Of a DNA stretch of 64,000 nucleotides, positions 11,079 through 22,371 are shown in pieces. The notes beneath the pieces were generated by a model that was not told where the DNA came from, did no database searches, and saw only the letters and a list, made by a program, of their open reading frames with translations. Origin of the DNA: Tubiluchus corallicola (lineage: Eukaryota; Animalia; Priapulida); contig JAQGDQ010000186.1 in NCBI GenBank assembly GCA_030141605.1, positions 358,840 to 422,839 of the forward strand, in the 5' to 3' direction. The stretch's first letter is position 1, and each line of letters begins with the position of its first letter. A program made the position numbers and the translations under genes.

Positions 11079-14000
11079 CTAATTGACTGTGACAGCAGCC
11101 CCTTGAAGATAAGTTTGCAAACACTTGGCAGCATCAGCAGCCAAGCCAGAACTAATTTTTCCAGTTACTTCTCCAGGATATGCAGTGCTTAGCTTGTGAA
11201 GTTGCTTAGCAAGATAGAGTTTGGCATCAAGAATTTTACCGTTAAAAGGATCCAGCTCTGACTTTCCTGCAAAAACCAAACGAGAGTAAGTAGTCTGGTA
11301 ACCTGCCACATCCTCCACTTCAATGAAGTGTTCATCGTCTGGTAGAGATTCATCTTGTGGAAGCTCAAATAAACCAATCAATGTCTGCAGAAGTGATGGC
11401 CACAAATTTGAGTAGTCTCCTTTAAATACTTCTGGACATTCTGTTAAAATCAAAGTCATGCCCACTGCACAGATTTTCCTTTCGATGTTGCCAGCTACTT
11501 TTTGTACGTCTGCTATATATAATCTCTCTAAGACCATGCCAAACATCTTAACTTGAATACTGTCAATAATTTGAATTAAAGCTGGTGCTCCTCGCAGCCA
11601 TGCAAACAGGCTGAAAAAAACTAGTAAGCCCTTCACATACTTTGTAGTCTTTGAACTAGTCAGCCTCTGGAAAAGTACTAAAAATACTTGCTTCAAATAA
11701 GGGTCCAAAAGCTCAGGGGAGATATGTTGTACAATGCTTGACATTAGGTAGAAACCCTCATGATCATTCGATTTAGAAGCTATTAACTTCTGGAAGATGC
11801 CAAGTAGCCCAGTTAGCTTTTCACCAGCCACAACACTGTCCTTGCCATGTTCAATAAAAGCTTGCAGGAGCCGTACTAAAGCAGGAATGTTTCCAGGGCG
11901 TTCCCATAAGACAGGTATCAACAAATGAGGATATAAAGCCATGTACGAATTTGGCACAGTATCTTTATGCATTTCCAAAAGCAATGACAAAATCTGGAAA
12001 ACATACGGAATAAATTCTTGACAATCCTGCGTAAGAATCTCCTGGAATGGAGGAAAGAGGGCATTCTCAAAATTGGTAACAGACTCCGGGTTTGTTGCGC
12101 ATGTCACCTTTATACACAGGCTCAGCGCTTCAAACAAATAATGATTAAAATGAGGCTTGCTGGGATTTTTAGAGACAGCAAGTAAGATTTGATTGAGTTT
12201 TGGAATAATGGCAGGAATGTAAGGAACAGCAGCTTCTTGTAGTAGTGACACGGTTCGCATTATTGCCTTCATAATGTACTCATTTTCACTAGATCCAGGT
12301 GAAGACAATGCATTGAAAAGACTGGATACTAAAGACTCGGCTACTGGATGCACATCTTCTTTTAGTATAAGTGCATGACCTTGCGGGGTTTTGACAGTGA
12401 AAAGTCGTTCCAAAGTATGTGCAGCATAGCTATGAACAACCACTGCTTGAGCACCAAGATATTTTACTAGTACTGGTAAGCAGCCTACAATTAATTCTTT
12501 GGGCAGTTGGTTTCTGAATGTCATAATATATTTGATACAGTCGGCCTTTAGTACAGGATGAGTGTTAATATTAGCAGCCTGAAGTTCGGGTGCTATAGTA
12601 CTAGTGAAAAAGTCAGCAACATTAACAAGACCGCTAGTTTGTGTTATACCGTGCTTTTGCGTTTGTGCTTTAGCTGCTACAGATGTCACTAAAAGGATGG
12701 CAGTGTCTTTGCATTTCCAATTTGCTGAGGAATCCTTGGCAAATTCTTGAAGCAATGCTTGAATGTACTGAGCAAAAATGTCTGTCACAGGTTTCTCAAA
12801 AAACTTGCAGAGAGCTCGAACTAAATCACAAGCTGACCTTCTCCTTGTATCAAAATCAGAACCCTCAATGTCTCTGCGAATATATTCTTCCGGGTTGTCT
12901 TCAAACTGTTCTTCATCAGCAGGTCTAACCTCAATGTTCGGTACTATTACTTTCTCGCAAATACTAGTTAATGTACTTTGGTTCTCAAATAAATGTTTGT
13001 AATGCTGCCTGTCAGCCACTGTAGCGAGAAACTGGATGGCATTGCTGACCAACAAATCATACTTTACCTGTGCTCCAGTATTAACAAGCAAATGCCACAC
13101 GGCTGTAACAAAACTAGGTAAGTAAGGTTTAAATTCTTCGTCATATTTCTGTGCATACATTGTGATGTTGTCACAGATCTGAGAACGCAGAGTTTCCAAC
13201 AACCCACACTCTGAGTCGTCTTCTGTATTCAGCAATTTATTGTTGATACTTAATAGGCTAAGAAATGCAGTCATCCACACCTCCATGTTATCCTCAAAAT
13301 ATTCCGGAAGATCCTGAAAATTAAGACTGTAGAAAAGCTTACATATCAAGACCAAAGAGCTAAAAATGACCTTCAGTGCAGCTGGGTCACTTGCATGCTC
13401 TTTGCTGAGTATCATCGTAGCCTTAAAAAGCTCTGTCAGCGGAGCAGCAAAGTTATCCAACACATACTTAATCTCCGTCCACAGTTCCTGTGATTTGAAT
13501 TCATGTCGATAACGTTTGAATAAAGAATGAGCCGTCTGAAGGACTCCATTAATGAGATGGAAATCACCACTTTGAAACTTAAACACCATGTCACCTAACA
13601 GGTGTGGCCATTTTTCTGGAAAGTCTTCTCGACCAATAATGCTGATAGCATCACTGAGCTGTCGCTGCAGTTGATCCGGGCTGTGTAACATTAATTCCAC
13701 AATTTCTGATTTAATGGCTTGTCTATCCAGCTCATGTATTTTGTCCGTACCTTCCTCGGTGACACGCCAATTCCGCTTTATAAAGTTTTTAAAAGTTATA
13801 GCTGAACTGATGCGCAAAGGCAATGCAACGTCTGATTTATTCACCAGGTGGAGGAGCAAAAGAGGATAATTCTGGTTACCTGCAAGAAGAATATTTTTTA
13901 TTATAAAAAGTGAACTAACTTTGAAATGGAATTAACTGACTTAATGCAATTATATTAGTCAAACGAAAACAAAACTACTTTGTAGGCATTCAACAATATT

Positions 14001-17000
14001 TTAAGTTTTTGTTAATGTTGTCAATAACAGTTAAAAATAATCTCTATGGCAGTGAGAAACAACTTTACTTGCATTAATTTTCACATTTCTCTTCAAAACT
14101 TTTAGGCACATCAGTATTGTCATAAGGTGCTTTTTTAACAAATTTACACAAATTCAGCACAATGAAATTTATTTTACAAAACCAAAACATTTTACAAAAC
14201 AATGTGTTTACATTCAAGTGTAGTTTTGATTGTAGGCCAGCAACAGTTTCAGCTTAGTATCAATTAGGCTTAGAGAGGTCTCAGCCCATTTGCGGTGGTT
14301 TCCATTCAGCCCAAGTATACTACTAACCTTGTATATTTTCATGTAATGTAATGCCCTATTTCCAGTTTCTACTTTTCAAATAGTCAATTTGCTTTCACCA
14401 AAATCCCAACTGTTCAGTGCCCCAATGTCCTGATGCTCAATTTATAATATGATTATTAATTATTGATCAATTTTATATACATAGATTTCATAATTAGACG
14501 ACATACTGATTCTGATTTGGAGGAAGCAAAACTTAACTTTACTGGTCTAACCCAATCTTACAACTCTCTGCTCGCTCTACTTAACTGCCGACAGATGGCA
14601 GCACTATAAAGTATATAGCCTAGATGGCCCAATAGTAAGATTGTCCAATTAGCCTCGTTTCCCATCCTGCTATATTGGGCATTCTAGCCCAAAACCAGAT
14701 CAAACCACATTTTTTAAAAATGGCACCTATTGTTCTGCCAAGCACTCGGAAATTGGGATTATAAAACATATACCATAACCCGGGGTGATTCGGAGAAGTT
14801 TTTCACGATTAATTTTTCTGAACATTAATAAAAAGTGAACTATGTTTCACTACAACATTGTGTTTTTAAACTAATATCACACAGAGTTTCAATGTAGTAG
14901 ATTTAATTTTAACCTAGTCTTTTTTTATTTAAAAACATATACAAAAACCCCAGATACTTTGGGCGTCTCAGATACCCTATTGATTTAATGGATTACCCAT
15001 GTATTTAAACATTAAACAAGTGTGTGATGGATACAGTTACCCCTTTTAAAGAAATTGTAAAGCCAACAGCACTACAACACAAAACACATTACTATCTGTT
15101 AAAACATGTACAACACGCTGTATCAGCATGCAAAGCCGGCTGACTCCAGATTTACATAATTTCTGATTTTTGCAATGTCTATATAGAGTTGAATATGGTA
15201 CACCATATCAACTGTCTGCCCTTGTAGTATGCTACTTGTTCTTACAACATTTACTGTGTCGCGCATAACATCTTTTCATTCTTTTCAATTTTTCAATTTG
15301 TCTGATATGAGCAACTGCCAGGTTCTCGGTGATAATTTCTCACATTTCTGTTGCTTGTCATAAAAATTAGATGCCTATTTCCACTAGACAAAAATTATGG
15401 GGTATCAAAACACTGCATCTAAATCTAATTTTTTGTTATATTGGCCTGTATAACAGATTAGTGCAAAGATTCAATGCTGTATTATATTTAATAATTGTGT
15501 TCACTTACTACCTGTACAAATGGCATAGGAAAAATGGCACAAATGGAAAAATAGGAAAAAATTACACGCTTATAAAATACGACTTTAGGATTAGTTTTAC
15601 CATATGGGGTAAATTATTTTTATCTTTGCCATTGAAGGAAGATATACTCCAATGCTGTTTGTTTGGTTGGTAGCTTTTCGTCAGTTATATAGCAGTAAGC
15701 CTATTACACAAAAGCTACTTAACAGGTTTCCACGAAACTTTGTGAAGAAAATGAAAAGGGGACAAAAAAGATGCATTTTGAAGCAGATTCCTGGATGGGG
15801 GAGGGGTGAAAACTGACAACTGCTGAAATGAATGTTTTTTCCTTTGTCCTTTTTTTCACAAGACTTGACCAACATGCACCAAAAATATCCATGGAAAACT
15901 GTTAGGGCGTCTCAGGGGAATGTCACTGCTCTTTGGAAAAAGGAGGGTATGGCTACAAGATAGCGTAGCTGATTCTTTTTTACTATCTCCGCCAGTTAAA
16001 ACAACTACGAGTTAGTTCCAGGTTCCATTTTGGGAAATTCTCGCTTGGAAGACAGTGTGTAACACTGTCTATAACCTTTGGTTACACAAATATACAGCCT
16101 CATAAGCTAACTTCAATTATAAATACTGGGGATGTCTATAACCTTTGGTTACACAAATATACAGCCTCATAAGCTAACTTCAATTATAAATACTGGGGAT
16201 GTACCAGATCTCAAGATCTGGAAATTTCAATGGATCCATTAAAATGTTGGTCAGATTTTGCACTGTTTGTAGTTTTATTTTTCTAAGTGAAAAACTACTG
16301 ACTACAGGCTATGAAAAAAATGACAACAGATAAGAAAAAATATACAGAACAGTTTAATTACCTAAATAGTCTTCATTTTTAAAGAATTTCTATTTTCTAT
16401 CGAGATCTTCGGAAATCTGTAATGCAATGCTTGTAGTGCAAGCAAAAACTAGCAATATTCACGTTTTGAGGACTTGCAACAAATTGGAACGAAGTTACTT
16501 TTCAGTGTGGAAGAAATTGGTGAAAAATAAAATATGTGAATGCATTAAACAGGGGGAAAGAAAAGATACAAATAAAAAAACTTTGAGTTATGAAGATGAG
16601 CATGTAAAAAACAAAGTGAATGTAATGAAATCAGAAGTGAGAGAGGTATATGAATACTGCGGTGGTTAAATGTAACTACAAGAGTTCTTTCAAAGAAAAT
16701 TTAAAATTGCTACTGCACAAAAAAGAGAATGATACTACACAGCATTTGTTGGAATGTAAAGTAATGAAGAAAATATAGCCTAACAACTAGTGATGGGTGA
16801 TTTTGAAATTTACTAATATGATTACAATCTTGTTCTTGTAATTCGATGTCACGAAAAATCTTTGCAGCAATTTTTTAGTGTTTTATCCATACTTTTCAAT
16901 CATTGCAACAGTGAAATATAGCCTGTAAACTTCTTCATGGCTTTTGTCGCTGTCTGCCATTTTCGTACTCGCAAACTATTTTTACAGACACGCATATACC

Positions 17001-20000
17001 TTAACTACTCGATTACTATGTCAAATACACACGTCACGTGAAAATAAATAAGAAGTCCCAGCTTGCAACACTGTGGTTTGCAATTGTGTGCATTGTGTAA
17101 GGTGAGAAAAACGAAGAAAAAATGCAAGAATTCAGTTTATTTGTGCTAAAACACAGCCTTTTAGTCAATATTTTGCCATCGATTAACTAAATTACTGCCT
17201 AATTGCCGATTATGTCGATTTATGTTGTAATGCAAATTAATCTATTAATCGCCCATCACTACTAACAACAAAATTTTAAATGAAGACTTCATTAAATCTG
17301 AACAGGAGACTGATGAAGAAGCAATTTACAAGAAGTAATTTACTATATAAAAGAAGCAATGGAGTTTAGATAATGAAGAGGTTTTGAACTCAAGCTGCCC
17401 AAAGACGACTAAACAAGAAGTTGAAAAAGAAATTTGTGATTAATACCTTGCACATTTTATCTATATTTAAAGGAGTTAATGGAGTCTGTTAATTCACAGA
17501 GTGAGCATAGCGAAGGCCATGACCACGAAGTAGCACGCAGAGACAGTACTATTTCCACAAAAATGTCTGCTAAAAATTTAAAGCTGTAAAAGCAGCTTTA
17601 AAATTGTAAAATTATAACTTTCCAGGAACTGTAAAATTTCCAGTAAAAGCATAGTTTGGCAGCTTTTTAGTTTAGATCAAGCACGGATCAAGAGTTCAAA
17701 ATTACAGTACATCAACGTTTGTAGTGTTTCCACTCAAAATTACTCAGTGAACCCGAAAATAGACAGGCAAGCCAACACATCAGGGCTAAAGAAATGCAAT
17801 GTGTGCTTGTTTAGGAAAAACAAACATCCAGAAGTCAGCAGTTATGGTTTTCTAATTATTCACACATCCTGAATCTCCATTTCGTGAGGATCATGTTGAT
17901 ACCAAGCTCTTCACCCTATGTTATTTCTAAAAGTGAGATAATCTACATTAAATTTGAAGTACAAACCTTAAAAAAATTGTTGTTAAAGTTAGCCATTGCT
18001 TTTCGTCGCATTTCTACAAAACACTACAAAATACGTTAGCAAACGTACAAAGGGTTGGTTGCTATGGACTTTGGAAGAACACATTGAAGTTATGCTTAAA
18101 TCCAGTAGATGGCTCTTCCAGAGGAAGACCTGGGCTTGGTAACAGAAAAACACCAAGCACAATTACTGCTTCTATGAGCTACTATCAGAGTTTGAAGACA
18201 CAATAAATTTTTTTCATTGTAGTCCTTTTTTCTAGCCATAGAAATTGGTACGGGGTCATAAAATTGGTACCGGGTATTTTTGAACATTTTCTTAATGATT
18301 TGAAGCTAGAATACAAAAGTCGAGTATCTTCATTGTTTGCTTTTATAAAAAAACAAAAAATGGCATTTCACCAAATTTTTGGTGCCTTCTACTTTGAAGC
18401 ACAATAACATAGTTTTTAATTACGCCGACTTACCGACGGTTTTGTTTTTCAAGCATACAAATATCATTTACATTAATTTGCAGATCCAGATCGGGATCCA
18501 AAACCGGCAAAACTGGATCCGTTGCATCCCTAGTAAATATGTATATCCGCCAGTTTATTATACCATTGCCAAACGGAAAAGAAATGTAGACAAATACTAT
18601 GTGAAATGTCCATGCATTGTTGATTTTAATTCTGCTTAAAGTCTATATGACACTTATACAGGTATATTTTTGTATGTTTATCTTTATTTTATGTTTTTTA
18701 ATGGAAGAATCTGACGAACATGTTTAGCATTTTTCGACCTTGGCAGAAGTTTGCTTCCTAGTTTTCTAGTTTTATTATAGAAATTATTTGAATCAAAATA
18801 ACATGTGTACCATTTTTTCTCTGTGTCACTTTTACTATGCCATTTTTACCTACATTCGTGTGGTACCACATGTATTGAAAACTGAAAATTTTACAGCATA
18901 AAAATATAATTACCCAAGCCAACCAAAACATATCTGTTTCACTCATGAGATCGAAGTCGCCCCAATTTACGGTATCTATCTAGAGTAATAGGCAGGCAAT
19001 TGTTTAGGGTTTGAAACGTCAAATGAAATATATGACACCACCTTGCAAGTTACACATGCTTTTAATTGTTTTGTTCTTACATTCTATTTCAACTGATCTA
19101 GGTAAAATGAAATAAGATAGCAATCAATGAATTGCTGGTATAACTAGATTCTGTGTAATGTTTTTACGCATGTGAATTCTCTTTAAGCTTCAAGTCAACT
19201 TGTCCATGCTGCTGGTGTTTGGACTTCTTTCCCAGTTCTTCAAATGATGGTCAGCATAATGTAGAACAGTGGTTGTAGTCACTCACTCACCTGTCATCTG
19301 ATAAAAGTGCTTGTAAAAAAGACACAGTACCATGCAGCTCAATTTCTCCTTCCAAAGAAATATAAAATTTCCCAAAAGCTCCAAGTTCTCCACCACCAAA
19401 GACACTTTTCTACATGGTGTTTGACAGTGAGCAAAAATGGCCACTTTTAGCCTTGAAAAGCCATTCCTAGAGGAACTCGGTGGGGTTTCGTACCAGTGTT
19501 TGACAGGGCTACAGAGGTCTTAGAGGAGAAATTTTCAGCTCTTTAGAAAAGGGAGCAACTATGCTACACTGTGACGTGAGTTTGTTTTATAAATGTCTCT
19601 ATCAGGATAAAGGGCTACCAGTTAATTAGGAGAAGCTTCTTTCTGCACAACCCTGTATTCGCCACTGTGGGTGATCTGAACCAGTATCAGATGTCTTTGT
19701 AAATATCATCACTACTAGTTAAACGATAGCCACTGCTCTGCACTATGCTGGCTATTATCTGGAGAACTGGGAAAGAGATCCATCCACTGGCAGAATGAAC
19801 AAGTCGACTCATCATCAGAAGAGCATGAAGAAAATTTACAAGAAAATCAAATGAAGAAAAGCGAAGACCTATTGATACAGGTATTGCGAGGATAATACAC
19901 AAAATGCTTAAGTTAATGCAAACAGTAACACACACAACATTGCAAATCATCTTTTTTCTTTGTCATGCGATTAGATTAGATTAAAGTAGATTATTTATTA

Positions 20001-20299
20001 TATACAATGCCAGTGTGTACATGTACATACAGCATATGTAACATATAACTTATAAACTATATCATCATTACTTAGTAACAGGTTTAAAATAAAAGGAATC
20101 TGTGTAATTCCCATAAAGAAATTGATCATATTTAACATCAGTAGATTCAATTTGATTAACAAGTAATCTAATAGTGTAACTTCTAACCTTCCACAGACTC
20201 CAAAAACTTTTCAGCTTTTCTGCGTTCCTGAGCATCGGGAGACAGAGTGCTTTGAAGGTAATTTCCTAATGTTGTTAAATTTTCTTGGCTAAGCTCCAT
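11079..20299 (-). CDS. CSE1L: Exportin-2 / CSE1-like (importin-alpha export receptor), 970 aa, 2 coding exons
   Basis: Exon 1 20299-20188 (MELSQENLTTLGNYLQSTLSPDAQERRKAEKFLESVE) joins by a phase-1 GT-AG intron to exon 2 13879-11079 (GNQNYPLLLL...FKNFIKRNW...SDAISIIGREDFPEKWP...FEDNPEEYIRRDIEGSD...SKNPSKPHFNHYLFE...LPDDEHFI). Total 2913 nt, uninterrupted. Confidence 0.97.
16066..16202. repeat. Perfect 67-bp tandem duplication
   Basis: tgtctataacctttgg...aaatactgggga starts at 16066 and 16133, with identical copies. Confidence 0.92.
16194..18532. mobile_element. Old ~2.3-kb hAT-type non-autonomous element in the CSE1L intron
   Basis: Termini tggggatgtaccagatc / gatccgttgcatcccta, subterminal ggatc repeats at both ends, and putative TSD ataaatac vs gtaaatat (6/8). 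Confidence 0.6.
16788..17261. mobile_element. hAT-type MITE nested in the previous element
   Basis: 15-bp TIR tagtgatgggtgatt / aatcgcccatcacta (1 mismatch) and perfect 8-bp TSD ctaacaac (16780-16787, 17262-17269). Confidence 0.9.
19170..19930 (+). pseudogene. Decayed unidentified coding sequence with a partial inverted copy (probably TE-derived)
   Basis: One frame reads LPKKYKISQKLQVLHHQRHFSTWCLTVSKNGHF*P*KAIPRGTRWGFVPVFDRATEVLEEKF...HNPVFATVGDLNQYQMSL*, then ATALHYAGYYLENWERDPSTGRMNKST after a frameshift. 19190-19280 is a diverged inverted copy of 19725-19810. Confidence 0.45.
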
Positions 20300-20617
20300 T
20301 TTGGCAGTTCGAAATTACTTGTCAAAGAAATAAATAAATGATTAAAGTTTCACCGAGATTATATTACACCAAGCACGCATTACGCAGATTTCTACCGCAA
20401 TGACCGCAATCATATAAAAGTGCCGATGGCTTGGATAGGACTAAGACCCGCGGTTTTTAGTTTTAGTCTCTCCTTTCCATACGGCATATGCACGCTCCTT
20501 GAACCGTAGCCTTGAGCAAATATTTCAATTCATTTTAATCAATTTTATTTAGACCCAGCCATAGGACAAAGCAAACGGCACATAATAGACTAACACTAGA
20601 GCAAGCAAAAGGGGTGC

Positions 20618-20839
20618 TAGAAACTAAATTAAATGCTTATAGTTAAAATAAAACAACTTTATTAAAACTTTTACTTTACATAGTTAAAACCATTTCAAAC
20701 GTTTCGACTACTGCTGTCATTATCAGTGGTAAAAGTGATGATGATGACAGCAGTAGTCTGTCGAAGCCGTTGGCATGATTTTAACTATGCAAAGTGAAAT
20801 TTTAACAAAACTGTGTTGTTTTGACTATAAATGTTTCTA
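20618..20839. repeat. ~220-bp imperfect palindrome carrying two degenerate hammerhead-ribozyme-like motifs (Penelope-like remnant)
   Basis: Arms ~20618-20726 and ~20736-20839 are reverse complements. Minus strand: cca-CTGATAA-tgacagcagtagtc-GAAACGTT. Plus strand: aTGATGA-tgacag-cagtagt-ctgtc-GAAgccgtt-gg. Confidence 0.7.
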
Positions 20840-21287
20840 AGTGCCTGTAATAAAAAAACAAATTAAATATGTTGCACGTGACTGAAAAATAATTACAAGA
20901 GTCAGTTTAAGACCCAAAAATGCATGGAAATTGCCAGAAATAGTGCAGATCGCAATGGACACAAGGAAGAGAAGAGGACTAGAGATAAAGCTGCAAAAAG
21001 AACAATAAAAGAAAATGGATTAAAATATAATCGTGTTACTTGTGTCTGCACAGGACATTGCTCTCTAGTGCCTGTTTGATTATCTGGTAGGTAATGTGGG
21101 CACCAAGGAAAGAACGAAACAACAAAATTATAGCTGGCGACAGAATTCCCTTGTGGAATTCCACAAAGAAAATTCCTCATGAGGTGTTTGTGTGCATTGA
21201 AACTATAAAACAACGCATTCCATTTTCGAAAAAGTGCTACAAGAAATTTTTCCTGGAAAAAATTTGCAGCACTTTCTCACTCCTCAG

Positions 21288-21720
21288 TAAGGATGAGCAT
21301 CAAACGATCGAGTTCGAGTCGAATTCGAACGTTGGAATTCAATTCGAACGAGGTTTTTTGTTCGAATTTGTTTCAAACGTAAAACTATAGATTCGAATAA
21401 TGCAGCACTTCAATCACATATGTCCTTTATCATTAAAACGATTGAAACATCACAGCATAATTTAGCTGTGATTTCTGTGCACAATTTTAAACAAATTACA
21501 TGTATTAGTGGTTGTACTGCAGAACAAAATCGAGCAACATGCATGATATTCATAAGACTATTTTTTTCTGCTGGTGTGAAAATTTGTTCAAAAATCTCTC
21601 AATCTCAATTCAAATTCGATTCGAAATACTGAAGTTTGGTTCGATTCGAATTCGACAATCACAAATTGGATCAATTCAAATTTGCTTTCTAGTAGACTAA
21701 GTAGAGAATGCTCAACCCTC
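21288..21720. mobile_element. Degenerate hAT-type MITE rich in TTCGAA motifs
   Basis: Termini taaggatgagcat / atgctcaaccctc, with clustered ttcga/tcgaa subterminal repeats at both ends. TSD weak. Confidence 0.6.
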
Positions 21721-21879
21721 TTCCTGCGAAAATAACCTTAAAGGAAAGCCTTGATTGTATAAACATTAGTTCAATAATAAAGAACACTCTAAATTATTGA
21801 AAACTACAATAGCTTTTTTAAATCAAAGCTTAGGTTAAAAAATAATTACCTCGATACACAAATTTTGTTAAACTTTCAG

Positions 21880-22140
21880 AGTTACGTGCGGCTCAGTGAA
21901 TCTACTAAAATTGGCAATGGTGCCTTTTTGTCACATTCGCACGGCCGACAAATAGAAGGTAGTACTGTGATAACCATGATCATGAACTCAGTGCTAGTTT
22001 CTGACGTCATATGACGTAGAGCTCATTTTTGTGACATCACGCCTTTAAGCAGTTCTGTAACCCTTACACAAACGTGCTTGACGCGCAAGGGAAGATGTCT
22101 GCCATTGCACAAACTGTGGTTAGTTTCTGACGTAAGCAAT
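21880..22140. promoter_or_regulatory. Candidate GTF2H4 promoter (CpG-richer, CRE motifs)
   Basis: Perfect CRE tgacgtca at 22002-22009, further tgacgt half-sites nearby and near 22130, and locally raised CpG. It lies 250-450 bp upstream of the ATG. Confidence 0.4.
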
Positions 22141-22371
22141 AACTGTGTTCGGTTAACTTCCTAAGCTAATTATTTAAACATAAGAAACAATTGGTAACTT
22201 TTATAGGCAAGAATATGTAAATTTTGGACAGTGAATTGAAATGGGATGGAGTGTAAACAATCGTCCGGTTTTTCTTTAACAAATTTGTTCTATGGCTGTT
22301 GGCGTGGTGGCACAACAGATAGTGCGCTGTTTCCTTTCTTGAATTTCACAATCACTTGAGCAGTAAAGAAT

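Noticed and set aside
12683-13002. Plus-strand ORFs overlapping CSE1L
   Set aside because: Short antisense shadows of a long coding exon with no recognisable motifs.
14585-14606. CTCF-like motif ccgacagatggcagca (similar words near 7525, 27041, 52300)
   Set aside because: Short partial matches, at least one inside a LINE fragment; cannot be supported without ChIP data.
15510-18860. Possible single large element bounded by aaaaatggca-type subterminal repeats (15510-15570 forward, 18810-18860 reverse)
   Set aside because: The ends look related, but I could not define TIRs or a TSD.
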